Positions 41,941-52,930 are shown, counted from the stretch's first letter. The stretch: DNA of 64,000 bases from Alphaproteobacteria bacterium (GCA_963422645.2 CAXXVO010000007.1:512001-576000), one strand, 5' to 3'. A program made the numbers and translations. Notes: generated by a model from the sequence alone, not told the origin.

Positions 41941-42282
41941 ATGTGTGCGTTCTGCGCGATGATGGCCGACGGCACCGTCCACTGGACCGAGGCCGGCACC
42001 AACGCCGGCCAGGGCCGCGCGCCCGAGAGCGGGCGCGAGCGCTACCTCGGTCGGCTGCGCCGTGTCTCGCTGGTCAACCGCATCCTCGATCACTACGGCT
42101 GCCAGGCCTCGGACTGGGCCAACAACCAATACGTCGTCCGCAGCCGCGCCGGCCGCACGACCATGGTGGCGCACTTGCCCCAGGTCTGGGCGGCAGCAGA
42201 GGAAATCGCCGGGCGCCCACTCGACCCCCTGGATCCGGCGCTGCCCAATTCACTGCGCCACTCCACGCCCGTGCCGCGTTAA
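41941..42282 (+). CDS. Small protein with an N-terminal CxxC (MCAFC...HWTE...LDPLDP)
   Basis: RBS GGAGGG upstream of ATG 41941; function unknown. Confidence 0.6.
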   Translation: MCAFCAMMADGTVHWTEAGTNAGQGRAPESGRERYLGRLRRVSLVNRILDHYGCQASDWANNQYVVRSRAGRTTMVAHLPQVWAAAEEIAGRPLDPLDPALPNSLRHSTPVPR

Positions 42283-42373
42283 ACAGGCAAAGACGGATCG
42301 ACCGAAGCGGACGGCGCCACACCGTTCAACCCCGCCGAATCCGACATTGTTCCACCGCGCGAAAGACGCACCG

Positions 42374-43060
42374 ATGGGCGGACTGGAATCGGGACAGCCC
42401 GCGCTGGCGGTGGTCGATATGCAGAACGATTTCGTCGACCACGATGTCGGCTCTTACGCGATCGGAGCAGAGCGGAACGTGACGCGGGTCGGCCGGGTGG
42501 TGGCCGCGGCCCGGCGCGCACGAGCGCCGGTGGTGTTCAGCCAGGAGGTGTAGCGGGCCGACGGGGTCGGCGGCGGGCGTCTCCTCCGGGATGGGCGGAG
42601 CGGCTGGTTCACCGGCAAGCGTCCCAGCGCCGCGCACGGAGAGCCGCCGGCACCGCCCTGCATCGAAGGCGCGAAGGGCTTTGAGATCGTCGACGAGCTG
42701 GCGCCCGAGCCTGGCGACATCCGCATTCTCAAGGGGCGCTTCAGCATCTTCGTCGGCACCGAGCTCGACATGATCCTGCGGCGCATCGGCGTCGACACGC
42801 TGCTGACCGCAGGCGTGTGCGGCGGCGTCAGCATGCTGTGGACCGCGGGCGACGCCTATCAGCGTAACCACAAGGTGCACGTGTTGGAGGACTGCGTGGC
42901 CGGCGCCAGTCCGCAAGGCCACGACGCGGCGCTCACGCTCACCCGGCGCTCACCAATGCCGGCAGGTTGCCGAGGGGCCGCGCAGCCCACCGGACGGCGG
43001 ACCGCGGAGGGGTGCCGGAGTGGTCGAACGGGGCGGTCTCGAAAACCGCGGCATGCGTGA
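42374..43060 (+). pseudogene. Isochorismatase/cysteine hydrolase family gene with an in-frame TAG
   Basis: ALAVVDMQNDF...QEV*RADG...KGRFSIFVGTELD...TAGDA...VLEDCVA in one frame; TAG at 42551-42553; the 3' end runs into the tRNA. Confidence 0.82.
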
Positions 43061-43093
43061 GCGTACCGTGGGTTCAAATCGTCCCCTCCGCCA
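43006..43093 (+). tRNA. tRNA-Ser(CGA) with a defective T-stem (possible pseudo-tRNA)
   Basis: Acceptor GGAGGGG/CCCCTCC + G + CCA; anticodon arm GCGGT-CT-CGA-AA-ACCGC; long variable arm; T arm GTGGG-TTCAAAT-CGT cannot fully pair. Confidence 0.8.
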
Positions 43094-43246
43094 CCCATCT
43101 AAATGTAACTACCCAGGTACCCCAATCCTGAGTTGAGGACGGTGATTATGGCGGCGGCCGCGGCCTGGTTCTGCCACCGCGATTGGTTCTTGACCTCATA
43201 GAGTTGCGGGACTATGGACTGCTCTCTCGCGTGACGGGAGCGGTCC

Positions 43247-43912
43247 ATGGGGTATTTCGGCTCGAAGGCGACAGCAGGTCTGTGCCAAGCGCTGATTGCG
43301 CTGATGCCGCCGCACTCCGTCTACATCGAAAGCCACCTTGGGGGCGGGGCGCTGATGAAGCGCAAGCCGCCGGCCGTGCGTTCGATCGGCATCGACCGCG
43401 ATGCGCAGGCGCTCGAGGCCTTCGTCTGCGACTACCCGGTCGATCTGGTTCACGGCTGTGCCCATGACTTCCTGGCCTCGTTCCCGTTCCTGGGCCCGGA
43501 GCTGGTTTACAGCGATCCGCCCTATCTGCACGCGACCCGCCGCTCGGCGCAGCGCTACCGCTTCGAGTACGAGGAGGCCGGCCACGTCGCGCTTCTCGCG
43601 CTGCTCAAGGCTCTGCCCTGCCAGGTCATGATCTCGGGCCATCCGTCGGCGCTCTATGACGAGGTGCTGGCGGGATGGCGCCGGCTGGCGCTGCAGGTCA
43701 CGACCCAGGGTCTGGTGCGAACCGAGGTCGTCTGGTTCAACTACGCCCCCGACCGGATGCATTGGGCCAGCCACGCAGGCCGGAACTTCACCGACCGCCA
43801 GCGCATCAAGCGCAAGGCAGCCAACTGGGGCCGGCGCTACCAGGCCTTGCCGCCGGGCGAACGCCTCGCCGTGCTCGCCGCCATGATGGCCGTCGAGGCC
43901 GAAGACACGTGA
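43247..43912 (+). CDS. Short D12/Dam-class N6-adenine DNA methyltransferase (identical protein)
   Basis: Same translation as 3284..3949. Confidence 0.85.
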   Translation: MGYFGSKATAGLCQALIALMPPHSVYIESHLGGGALMKRKPPAVRSIGIDRDAQALEAFVCDYPVDLVHGCAHDFLASFPFLGPELVYSDPPYLHATRRSAQRYRFEYEEAGHVALLALLKALPCQVMISGHPSALYDEVLAGWRRLALQVTTQGLVRTEVVWFNYAPDRMHWASHAGRNFTDRQRIKRKAANWGRRYQALPPGERLAVLAAMMAVEAEDT

Positions 43913-44356
43913 CGGTGTCGCACTGGCACGAAGACCTCGCCGCCCGTAACGAGGCCTTCTGCTGCCTGAAGGAGCTTCTCGAGCCATCATCCCTCGCAAC
44001 CACTGTCGTCGTTGCCGTCCGGGAATGGGGGCAGGGGCTGCTGCGATCAGCCACCGCGCTCGCCCGGGAAAATGCCGCACTCGAGCAGGAGAACGCGGCC
44101 CTGCGCGAGCGCATCGCCGAACTCGAGCGCAGCGCGGCCCTCAACAGCACCACAAGCAGCAAGCCCCCCGCCAGCGACGGGCTCAAGAAGAAAAGCGGAG
44201 CCCAGAGGCGCACCCAAAGCCAGCGCGGAAAGTCCGGCGGGCCCAGTGGCGGCCAGCCCGGCCACAAGGGAACCACCCTCGCGCGGAGCGACAGCCCGGA
44301 CCGTGTCGTCGATCACCACCCCTCCACCTGTTCCGGCTGTGGCGTCGAGCTCTCGG
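43909..44356 (+). pseudogene. 5' fragment of the IS66 transposase
   Basis: Matches 3946 onward up to CSGCGVELS. Confidence 0.85.
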
Positions 44357-44506
44357 TGAGCGCGCGCGGTCTTTCAGCGGGGATCGGGGCCTGATCCGCT
44401 CGGATTTGTTGAGGTTTTGGGGCGGGTGCCCCTCGGCGAACTTGCAAGAAGTTCGCCGGGGGGCTTTGTCTCGTGGTGACGGTCACAATCGCCAGAGACG
44501 GCCCCA

Positions 44507-45124
44507 ATGTCGCACAACATTTTCCGCCACTCCATGCTTTGCAACGCCCTGGTCTGGGCCTGGCTGCGCGAGGTCGATGAGGCCGAGGCGGCGCGCTGCC
44601 GCGAGGCGGGCTGCCGACACTGCCCCGGCAAGCTGCACAGCGCGACGTATCCGCGCAAGCCGTACGGTCTGGCAGCCGAGTTGAGGGAAGAGGGCACGCG
44701 GCGGTTCAGCTTCTGCTGCGCGGATTGCCGCCTGCGAGCGACCCCACCATCGGTACGATTCTTCGGGCGCCGCTTTTATCTGGGCGCCCTGTTCGTTCTG
44801 TTGAGTGCACTGGTTCTGAGAGGCGGGGTGCGGTTGCAGACGATCAAGCGGAAGTGGGGGGTCTCGGTCGCCACACTGCGCCGCTGGCGGAAGTGGTGGC
44901 TGGAGGCGTTCCCGGCGACGGAGCCCTGGGGAGCGAAGCGTGGCGAACTGGTGATGCCACCCGAGGAGGTGCCGCTGCTCTTCGTGCTGCGGCAGATGCG
45001 GGGCGGACGCTTCGGTGAGCGTCTGTTCCTGAGCCTGATCTGGTTCAAGCCGTGGACGGGCTATTGCGGGCTCGGCGATGGCTCGGCGCCGCCCGCAGAA
45101 AGTGTTCCTGTCACGCCCGGATAG
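44507..45124 (+). CDS. Cys-rich + HTH accessory protein
   Basis: Identical to 17960..18577. Confidence 0.7.
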   Translation: MSHNIFRHSMLCNALVWAWLREVDEAEAARCREAGCRHCPGKLHSATYPRKPYGLAAELREEGTRRFSFCCADCRLRATPPSVRFFGRRFYLGALFVLLSALVLRGGVRLQTIKRKWGVSVATLRRWRKWWLEAFPATEPWGAKRGELVMPPEEVPLLFVLRQMRGGRFGERLFLSLIWFKPWTGYCGLGDGSAPPAESVPVTPG

Positions 45125-45173
45125 GGCGTTCTACATGGGCATCTCTCCGATGCGGCGAGGGAGGGATGCCGGA

Positions 45174-46652
45174 ATGGACAAGGACGACGCAGGCGCCAGG
45201 CGCGAGAAGTGGGCCCGGCTGCGCTTTGCGGTGGTGGGGCCGCTTCTGGCTTCACCGCCGCCTGCAGGCCAGCTGGGGGCCGAGTTCGAGCGTCTGTCGC
45301 AGCGCGACTGGGAGCACCCGTCGGGCAAGGGGCCGGTGCGCTTTGCGGCCTCGACGATCGAGCGCTGGTACTACCGGGCGCGGGCAGAGGAGCAGGACCC
45401 GGTCAAGGCGCTGCGCCGGAAGCCTCGGACCGACGTCGGCCGCGAGCGGTCCATGTCGGCGGGGCTGATCGCGGCGCTGCGCGAGCAGTACCGGGTCCAT
45501 CCCTCGTGGGCGGCGCAGCTCCACTACGAGACCCTCAAGGCTCATGTTGCGACCCATCCCGAGCTCGGCCCGATGCCGTCCTACGCGACGCTGACGCGGG
45601 CGATGCGCAATCGCGGCCTGGTGCGCGAGCGCCCCAGGAAGTGGCACGAGGGTGAGGACAAGCCGGCGGTCGAAGCCCGCGAGGTCCTTAGCTACGAGGT
45701 GTCTCGCAGTCACGCGCTGTGGCACGGGGACTTCCACCACGGCAAGCGCCGCGTGCTGACGGCGTCGGGCGAATGGCAGACGCCCATCCTGCTCGGCTTC
45801 CTCGACGACCACTCCAGGCTTGGCTGCCACCTGCAGTGGTACCTGGAGGAGACCGCCGAGGTCTTCGTCCACGGGCTCTGTCAGGCCTTCATGAAGAGGG
45901 ACTTGCCCAGGTCCCTGCTGACCGACAACGGCGGGCCGATGACGGCGGGCGAGGTCGAGGAGGGCTTGCACCGCCTCATCGGCATCGTGGGGGCCACGAC
46001 ACTCGCTTACAGCCCCCATCAAAATGGAAAAATCGAGTCGTTCTGGGGCACGGTCGAGGGCCGCCTGATGGCTCAGCTCGAAGGCGTCGACGCGCTCACC
46101 CTGAAGATGCTCAACGACGCCACCATAGCCTGGCTGGAGCAGGACTACCATCGGCGGGTGCACCGCGAGCTCGGCATGACGCCGCATGAACGCCTCGCCG
46201 GGAGCGTCAAGGCATCGAGGCCCTGCCCCGCCTCGGACGAGCTCAAGGCGGCCTTCCGCATCGCCAGGAAGCGCACGCTCAGGCGCTCGGACGGCACCGT
46301 CTCGGTCGAGGGCATCCGCTACCAGGTGCCACAGCCGTGGCGCCACCTGAGGACGCTCTGGGTCCGCTATGCGCGCTGGGACCTCAGCGGCGTCGATCTG
46401 GTGGAAGGCCGAAGCGGCGAGCGGCTGTGCACGCTGTACCCCCTCGACAAGCGCGGCAACGCCGATGGCGTCCGCCGTCCTGCGAGACCCGGCAGCGACC
46501 ATGGCGGCGCCAGCGCGGGCGTCGGCGAACTTCCGCCGCTGCTCAAGGGCGTGCTCGACGCCCAGGCCGCAACAGGCCTGCCGCCGGCCTGGGTACCCCA
46601 TAACAAGACGCCCGGTCCGGGCGAGGACGACGATCAGGGAGATCCGTCATGA
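45174..46652 (+). CDS. rve/IS481-like DDE transposase with a Mu-transposase-like C-terminal domain
   Basis: WHGDFH, TDNG, QNGKIESF, DGTVSVEGIRY. Confidence 0.88.
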   Translation: MDKDDAGARREKWARLRFAVVGPLLASPPPAGQLGAEFERLSQRDWEHPSGKGPVRFAASTIERWYYRARAEEQDPVKALRRKPRTDVGRERSMSAGLIAALREQYRVHPSWAAQLHYETLKAHVATHPELGPMPSYATLTRAMRNRGLVRERPRKWHEGEDKPAVEAREVLSYEVSRSHALWHGDFHHGKRRVLTASGEWQTPILLGFLDDHSRLGCHLQWYLEETAEVFVHGLCQAFMKRDLPRSLLTDNGGPMTAGEVEEGLHRLIGIVGATTLAYSPHQNGKIESFWGTVEGRLMAQLEGVDALTLKMLNDATIAWLEQDYHRRVHRELGMTPHERLAGSVKASRPCPASDELKAAFRIARKRTLRRSDGTVSVEGIRYQVPQPWRHLRTLWVRYARWDLSGVDLVEGRSGERLCTLYPLDKRGNADGVRRPARPGSDHGGASAGVGELPPLLKGVLDAQAATGLPPAWVPHNKTPGPGEDDDQGDPS

Positions 46653-47482
46653 ACCGCGAGCTGCTCACCTTCTACGGGCTCAAATGGAACCCCTTCGCCA
46701 CCGACCTTCCGGTCGACAGCCTCATGGTGAGCCCCGCCGTCGACAGCTTCTGCCTCAGAATCGAGCATCATCTTGTGCGCCAGGGCGGCTTCGCGTTGAT
46801 CGCCGGCGAGCCCGGCACCGGAAAGAGCGTGGCGTTGCGCGTGCTCGCCGACCGCCTCGGCCGCTCGGACGGGCTCAGGGTCTGTGCCATCACCCACCCC
46901 TCTTCCAGGCTGTCCGACTTCTACCGCGAGATCGGCGGGATGTTCGGCGTCGACCTGATGTACAACAACCGCTGGGCCAGCTTCAAAAACCTGCGCGAGC
47001 GATGGCTCACCCATGTCGACGACACCCGCATGCGGCCCGTGGTGCTCATCGACGAGGCCCAGGAGCTGCTGCCCTCGGTGATCTCCGAGATCCGCCTGCT
47101 GGCGTCCACCGACTTCGACTCGCGCGCCATCCTCTCGGTCGTCTTCGCCGGCGACAGCCGCCTGATCGACAGGCTCCGCCAGCCCGACTTGCAGCCCATC
47201 GCCTCGCGCCTGCGCCAGCGCCTGGTCATGACCCAGGCAGACGCCGGCGACCTCGCGGCCCTGCTCGACCATCTGGTCGAGCAGGCCGGCAATCCGGGCC
47301 TCATGAGCGCAGAGCTCAAGGACACCCTGGTCACCCACGCCGGCGGCAACCCCAGGGCGCTTACCGTCATGGGCGACATGCTGCTCGCCGCCGGCGCCGA
47401 GAAGAACCGCGAGGTTCTCGACGAGAAGCTCTTCATGGAGATCCTGGGCGAGCCCGCCAAGCCGAAGAGGGCACGGCGGTGA
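46649..47482 (+). CDS. ExeA-like AAA+ ATPase (probable transposition helper)
   Basis: FYGLKWNPF, GEPGTGKS, VLIDEAQ, GGNPR. Confidence 0.88.
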   Translation: MNRELLTFYGLKWNPFATDLPVDSLMVSPAVDSFCLRIEHHLVRQGGFALIAGEPGTGKSVALRVLADRLGRSDGLRVCAITHPSSRLSDFYREIGGMFGVDLMYNNRWASFKNLRERWLTHVDDTRMRPVVLIDEAQELLPSVISEIRLLASTDFDSRAILSVVFAGDSRLIDRLRQPDLQPIASRLRQRLVMTQADAGDLAALLDHLVEQAGNPGLMSAELKDTLVTHAGGNPRALTVMGDMLLAAGAEKNREVLDEKLFMEILGEPAKPKRARR

Positions 47483-47770
47483 AGGGCTTCCCGACACGGG
47501 CGCCGATGCAGCTCGAGGATCGCCCCCGGGCGCAACAGTGGATGGTGGACACGCTGTGGGCCGAGCAGGCCGTGGGCATCGTCGGCGGCGAGCCCAAGTG
47601 CGGCAAATCCCTGCTCGCGCTCGATCTCGCCGTCGCCGTGGCCACCGGCGTCCCATGCCTGCGCCACTACCGCCCCAGCGCAAGCGGCACCGTGCTGCTC
47701 TTCGCCGCCGAGGACGCCGGCCACAGGGTGCGCAAGCGTCTGCAGGGGATCGCCCGCGCCGCCGCCACCC
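47479..47770 (+). pseudogene. RecA-family (AAA_25/RepA helicase-like) ATPase, truncated by IS21
   Basis: WMVDTLW...GGEPKCGKSLLALDLAVAVATG...VLLFAAED; GTG start overlaps the previous stop. Confidence 0.75.
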
Positions 47771-47889
47771 TGTTGTTAAGCGTGGAAAAGTGACCCCCTA
47801 TTGGGGGTGATCGGCGTCCAAAATTGACCCCCTTGGATTTGTGTCCATGAACACACCTCGTCGTTTGGACGGACGGGGTGGTGGGGGAG

Positions 47890-49404
47890 ATGCTGGTTGT
47901 GGAAACGATCGCGAAGATCCGTCGGGATCATCTGGTGAAGGGCGTTCCGATCAAGAAGCTCGCCCGGGATTTGAGGGTTTCCAAGAACACGATACGCAAG
48001 GTGGTGCGGGGCGATGCGACCTCGCACAGCTACGAGCGCAAGATCCAGCCGATGCCGAAGCTTGGGCTGTGGGTGGAGGAGCTTGAGCGCCAGCTGAAGG
48101 CCAACGAGAAGAAGGCACGCAAGGATCGGCTGTCTCTTCTGCGGATTCATGAAGACCTTGTGTCGCTGGGCTACAAGGGCGGCTATGACGCGGTTCGCCG
48201 CTATGCCAGGGCCTGGCGGCGCCGGTGGCGGCTGTTGTCGCCGGCGCAGGCCTATGTGCCGCTGATCTTCGATCCCGGCGAGGCCTACCAGTTCGACTGG
48301 AGCCACGAGTACGCGCGTCTGTCGGGCGCGACGACCAGGGTGAAGGCGGCGCACATGCGGCTGTGCCACAGCCGGATGTATCTGGTCCAGATCTTTCCCC
48401 GCGAGAGCCAGGAGATGGTCTTCGAGGCGCACGAGCGTGCCTTCCGCTTCTTCGGCGGGGTCTGCCGGCGGGGCATCTACGACAACATGAAGACGGCGGT
48501 GAGCACGATCTTCGTGGGCAAGAAGCGGGACTACAACCGCCGCTTCCAGGAGCTGTGCTCGCACCATCTGGTGGAGCCTGTGGCGTGCACGCCAGGGGCT
48601 GGCTGGGAGAAGGGGCAGGTCGAGAAGCAGGTGGGTGACCTTCGCGGCCGCCTGTTCGTGCCCATCCCGCGGGGCCGCTCCTACGCCGAGATCAACGAGT
48701 GGCTGATGGATCGGTGCATCGAGGACGCCAAGAAGCATCCGCATCCGACAATCCCGGGCAAGACGGTGTGGCAGGTGTTCGAGGAGGAGCAGCCCTTCCT
48801 GATGGCGTATCGCGGCCCCTTCGACGGCTTCCATGCCAGCGAGGTGTCGGTCTCGAAGACCTGTCTGGTGCGCTTCGACAACAACCAGTACAGCGTCGCG
48901 GCCCGCGCCGTCGGCCGGCCGGTGGACGTGCGGGCCTATGCCGATCGGATCGTCATCCGCCAGGACGGCGAGACCGTTGCCGAGCACCCCCGCAGCTTCG
49001 GGCGCGGCCGGTTCGTCTACGATCCGTGGCATTACGTGCCGATCCTGACGCGGAAGCCCGGCGCGCTACGCAATGGCGCGCCCTTCAAGGACTGGCAGTT
49101 GCCCAACGCGCTCGGCCGCCTGCGAACCCGGCTCGCGGGCCACGACGACGGCGACCGGCAGTTCGTCAAGGTGCTCGCGGCGGTGCTGGAGGACGGACTG
49201 GAGGCGGTTGAGGCGGCCTGTGCCGAGACGCTCGACTGCGGTGCCTGCAGCGCCGACGTGGTGCTCAACATCCTCGCCCGGCAGCGCCAGCCGGCACCGC
49301 CGGCAATCATCCCGACGCCCGAGGGCCTGCAGCTTCGCCACAAGCCGGTAGCCGACTGTCAGCGCTACGACAGCCTGAGGGAGGCCGGTCATGGAGCGTC
49401 ATGA
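47890..49404 (+). CDS. istA: IS21 transposase IstA
   Basis: QFDWS, YDNMKT, EKGQVE. Confidence 0.95.
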   Translation: MLVVETIAKIRRDHLVKGVPIKKLARDLRVSKNTIRKVVRGDATSHSYERKIQPMPKLGLWVEELERQLKANEKKARKDRLSLLRIHEDLVSLGYKGGYDAVRRYARAWRRRWRLLSPAQAYVPLIFDPGEAYQFDWSHEYARLSGATTRVKAAHMRLCHSRMYLVQIFPRESQEMVFEAHERAFRFFGGVCRRGIYDNMKTAVSTIFVGKKRDYNRRFQELCSHHLVEPVACTPGAGWEKGQVEKQVGDLRGRLFVPIPRGRSYAEINEWLMDRCIEDAKKHPHPTIPGKTVWQVFEEEQPFLMAYRGPFDGFHASEVSVSKTCLVRFDNNQYSVAARAVGRPVDVRAYADRIVIRQDGETVAEHPRSFGRGRFVYDPWHYVPILTRKPGALRNGAPFKDWQLPNALGRLRTRLAGHDDGDRQFVKVLAAVLEDGLEAVEAACAETLDCGACSADVVLNILARQRQPAPPAIIPTPEGLQLRHKPVADCQRYDSLREAGHGAS

Positions 49405-50119
49405 TGTGCTGGAGATGATGACCCAGCTGAAGCTCGCAGGTATGCGCGCCGCTTACGACGACATCCTTGCCGACGGGCTCAAGCGCCGCCATCCGGTGCA
49501 ACAGATCATCGGTACGCTGCTGCAGGTCGAGATCGCCGACAAGAGGGCCCGCTCGATCAAGTACCAGATGGCCTCCGCCAAGCTGCCGACGGTCAAGGAG
49601 CTGGCCGACTTCGACTTCGCCGCCTCGCCGGTCAACGAGCCCCTGATCCAGGAGCTCGCCGGCGGCGGCTTCCTCGAGGGCAAACGCAACATCGTGCTGG
49701 TCGGCGGCACCGGTACCGGCAAGACCCATCTCGCCGTCGCCATCGCGCGGTCCTGCATCCGCAAGGGCGCGCGCGGCCGGTGCTACAACGTCGTCGACCT
49801 GGTCAACCTCCTCGAGGCCGAGCTTCGCGCCGGACGCCAGGGCCGCACTGCAGACCAGCTCGTCCGCCGCGACTTCGTCATCCTCGACGAGCTCGGCTAC
49901 CTGCCCTTCGCCCAGGCCGGTGGGCAGCTGCTCTTCCATCTGATGAGCCGGCTCTACGAGCGCACCTCGATCGTCATCACCACAAACCTCGCCTTCGGCG
50001 AATGGCCATCCGTCTTCGGCGACCCCAAGATGACCACAGCGCTGCTCGATCGCCTCACCCATCATTGCGAGATCATCGAGACCGGCAACGAGAGCTGGCG
50101 CTTCAAGAACCGCTCCTGA
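49391..50119 (+). CDS. istB: IS21 helper ATPase IstB
   Basis: [23 protein letters not shown]. Confidence 0.95.
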   Translation: MERHDVLEMMTQLKLAGMRAAYDDILADGLKRRHPVQQIIGTLLQVEIADKRARSIKYQMASAKLPTVKELADFDFAASPVNEPLIQELAGGGFLEGKRNIVLVGGTGTGKTHLAVAIARSCIRKGARGRCYNVVDLVNLLEAELRAGRQGRTADQLVRRDFVILDELGYLPFAQAGGQLLFHLMSRLYERTSIVITTNLAFGEWPSVFGDPKMTTALLDRLTHHCEIIETGNESWRFKNRS

Positions 50120-50321
50120 CCCGCCGCCGGCCTCCCTTGCGGCCCGGTTGCCCCGGTGGGCCAACAGGGACCCCCCACGCGGCTTCGCTCCGCGTAGCGC
50201 AGGGCGCCACACGAAGCCGCGCGGGTCCCCCCTATTGGCTACCGGGACAACCTCCGCCGTGCCACTCAGGGGGGTCAATTTTGCACGCCGATCGGGGGTC
50301 AGTATTGAAAGCCGATTGACA

Positions 50322-51470
50322 GCCGGATCGCCGCGAGCTGCGCCAGAAGCGCCGCCTGCTCCTCGATCGCGGCCTCCAGGCGGCGGCGCGCCTCATCCTC
50401 CAGCGCGCGCTCCTTCGCAAGCGCCTCTGCATCCTCCAGCGCCTTGTGCGGGGGATCGCCGGGAAAGCTTGGCCACGCGCCACCCGCGGATTCCATGAGA
50501 CCGTTCATCGCCGCGACGCAGCGAACGAGCAGGGCGTGGCTCTCCAGCCGCTCCTGCGCGGTGGTGACGAGCGCCGCGCCGTCCTGCACTCGGGTAAGTT
50601 GGGGACTCCCGCCGTCGGCCAGCATCGCTTCGCCGGTCGCGTGCAGCGCCCGTTCGGCCTCCGTCAGCGGGGCGTAGCCCGGAAGGTCGACGATCGAGAC
50701 GTTCTCTCCGGTCGCGGCCTCCGCCCGCAGCGCATCCCAGCGCGCCCCGTGCGCCTCGGCGCTCGCGAGGAAGGCGTCGACCTCGCGGCAGCGGCGGTCG
50801 TAGTCCAGAATCGCCCTGGCCCCCCGGGCCGCCGCCTCGGGAAGACCGGGCCGCGCCAAGAGCGCCCCAGCCTTGTCGGCAAGCTCGTTCCATTCCGGCA
50901 GATCGAACGTCGCCGTGCCCTCCGCGCGCGCCCGTTCCGCGATGCCGCCGTGCATCGCGCACAACTCAGCCCATGCCTCGTCGTGGCCGCGCAGATCCCC
51001 GAGCCGATCCAGATCGGCTTCGAGCGCCGCCTTGCCGACCGCGGGACGATCGAGATGGGGGTCCCGGGTATCCGGCTCGTCGCGCATCGCCTGCCAGCGT
51101 TCTGCCGCCGCCTCGCAGCGCGCAGACCAGACGGCATAGTCCGCGTCCCTGGTGTAAGGGACCAGCTGGTCCTCCGGAACCTCGCTGAGGGCGGCCTCCA
51201 TCTCGCCACGCTCCTCCAGAAGTTGGGTCGCTTCGGCGCGCAGCGCCACGATCTCCGCGCGGCGCCGTTCGCACGCCTTTGCGTCGGCGATGACCTCCCC
51301 GGCCGCTTCCAGGGCATGTGCCGGCAGGTCCGCCATTCCCGCCAGCGCCCTGGCGCTTTCGAGGAGCGCGTCGTGGCCCTCGGCGTAGTACGGGATCGTG
51401 TCCTCCGCCGCCGCCCATGCCGTGACCTCGTCCCGCAGCGTCTCAAAGGCGCGGTGCGCATCGTCGAGGG
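50322..51470 (-). pseudogene. Internal fragment of a large alpha-helical repeat protein (possibly a relaxase C-terminal region)
   Basis: Open frame with Ala/Glu/Arg-rich repeated modules, cut at both ends by IS sequence. Identity is inferred only. Confidence 0.4.
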
Positions 51471-51479
51471 CGTGCAGGG

Positions 51480-52472
51480 CAGGGAGCTGACCGAGGACCG
51501 CTCCCGCTGCGTCCTGCACATGCAGAAGGCGCTGACCGAGATGAACGTCAAGCTCGACTCGGTGATCGCCAACATCACGGGACTGACCGGCCAGCGCATC
51601 CTGCGCGCGATCGTCGACGGCGAGCGTGACCCGGAGCGCCTGGCGACGCTCCGCCACCGGGCATCAAGGCCGACGCCGATACGATCGCCGCGAGCCTTCA
51701 GGGGACGTGGCGCGAGGAGCATCTCTTCGCCCTCGAACAGGCCATGCAGCGCTACGACTTCCTGAGCCAGCAGATCGACGCCTGCGAGGCCCGGGTGATG
51801 GCCGAGGTCGAGCGCCTGACACCGCCGGACGATCCCCCGGACGGCGGCGCGCCGGACCCTGTCCCCGGCACGACCTCGGACACCGCGTCGGGCTGCTCCG
51901 CGAACGCCGCAAGCAACGACACCGGCAAGGAGGGCATCCAGGCCCTGGCGTTGCGCAAGATGATGGGCGTCGACCTCACTGCGATCCCCACCGTCGGTCC
52001 CGGTACCGCACTGGTGATCGCCTCGGAGATCGGCCCGGACTTCTCCGCCTTCCCCTCCGCTCAGCACTTCTGCTCCTGGCTTGCGCTCGCGCCGGGAACC
52101 AGGATCAGCGGCGGCAAGAACCTCCCCGGCACGTTCCCGAAGGCGGTCAACCCCGTCGGACAGGCCCTGCGCATGGCGGCCATGGCCGCGCGCCGCAGCC
52201 AGACCTTCATCGGCGCCAAGCACCGGGCCCGGCTCGCCCGAATGGACACCCCCGTCGCGATCAAGGCGACCGCCCGCGAACTCGCCTGCCTGATCTACCT
52301 GATGGTGACCGAAGACCAGGAATACGTCGAGCAGGGCATCGACGGCTACGAGAAGCGGCGCCTCAACAGAAAGTTCGCTCATCTCGACCGCCAAGCCCAA
52401 AAGCTCGGCTTTCAACTCGTCCCGAAAACGCAAGGAGAGGAAAAACAGAACCCAATGCTGTCAATCGCTTAG
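51480..52472 (+). pseudogene. IS110 family transposase, 5'-truncated and frameshifted near 51660
   Basis: HMQKALTEMNVKLDSVI, GERDPERLA, IPTVG, SWLALAPGTRISGGK, ATARELA. Confidence 0.85.
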
Positions 52473-52523
52473 GCAGCTGTTACTCAAGAGCACGCTTTGT
52501 TGACCCCCCGAAATCCAGCCAGA

Positions 52524-52930
52524 TCAATGGATTGCCGCGCCGATCGGCGCCGAACCCGCGCGCCGATCAACAGACTGGGCTCCAGCAGCGCTAGAAGACC
52601 TCCTTGGCGTGGATACCGCTTTCGCTTCATGCCGCTCTCCCCCGCTTGGGTCGGAGTGCGACAATAAGACTGCGTCGAGGAGAGAGCAGAGGTCACACAG
52701 AGCGGACAATGAGATACCCGGACAGTCCCTGATCGACGCCGTCGCGGCCGACGGCTCGCACATCCACGTCGGGATCTGTGCCAACGTTCCGTACGACTGC
52801 CGGACAACCAACATCGTCACGCCGCGAAAGCAGTGACGACGGATGACGTCGACCGACTGGCCGCTACGAGGGTGAAAGGGGTAGTGGATCGTCGCTACGG
52901 CACCCTGAACATGGGCAGTATGAGACTGGA
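52524..52930 (-). pseudogene. Remnant of a small mobile-element accessory ORF (Y4bD/DUF5372-like)
   Basis: TIHYPFHPRSGQSVDV...GTLAQIPTWM resembles the small ORFs found upstream of serine-recombinase elements. Recognition from memory only. Confidence 0.4.

Larger units (their letters stand above)
43105..44356 (+). mobile_element. IS66 element 'A' (MTase-carrying), copy 2, truncated by transposon 'C'
   Basis: Matches 3142-4393; starts 11 bp after the tRNA CCA. Confidence 0.92.
44357..47770 (+). mobile_element. Transposon 'C', copy 2 (Zn-finger/HTH, DDE integrase, ExeA-like ATPase, RecA-like ATPase); right part lost at the IS21 insertion
   Basis: Same left boundary as 17810; four co-oriented genes, the last three overlapping by 4 bp. 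Confidence 0.82.
47771..50321 (+). mobile_element. IS21 family element, complete
   Basis: IRL TGTTGTTAAGCGTGGAAAAGTGACCCC; IRR ends GGGGTCAGTATTGAAAGCCGATTGACA; internal repeats of the end motif; no TSD. Confidence 0.92.
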
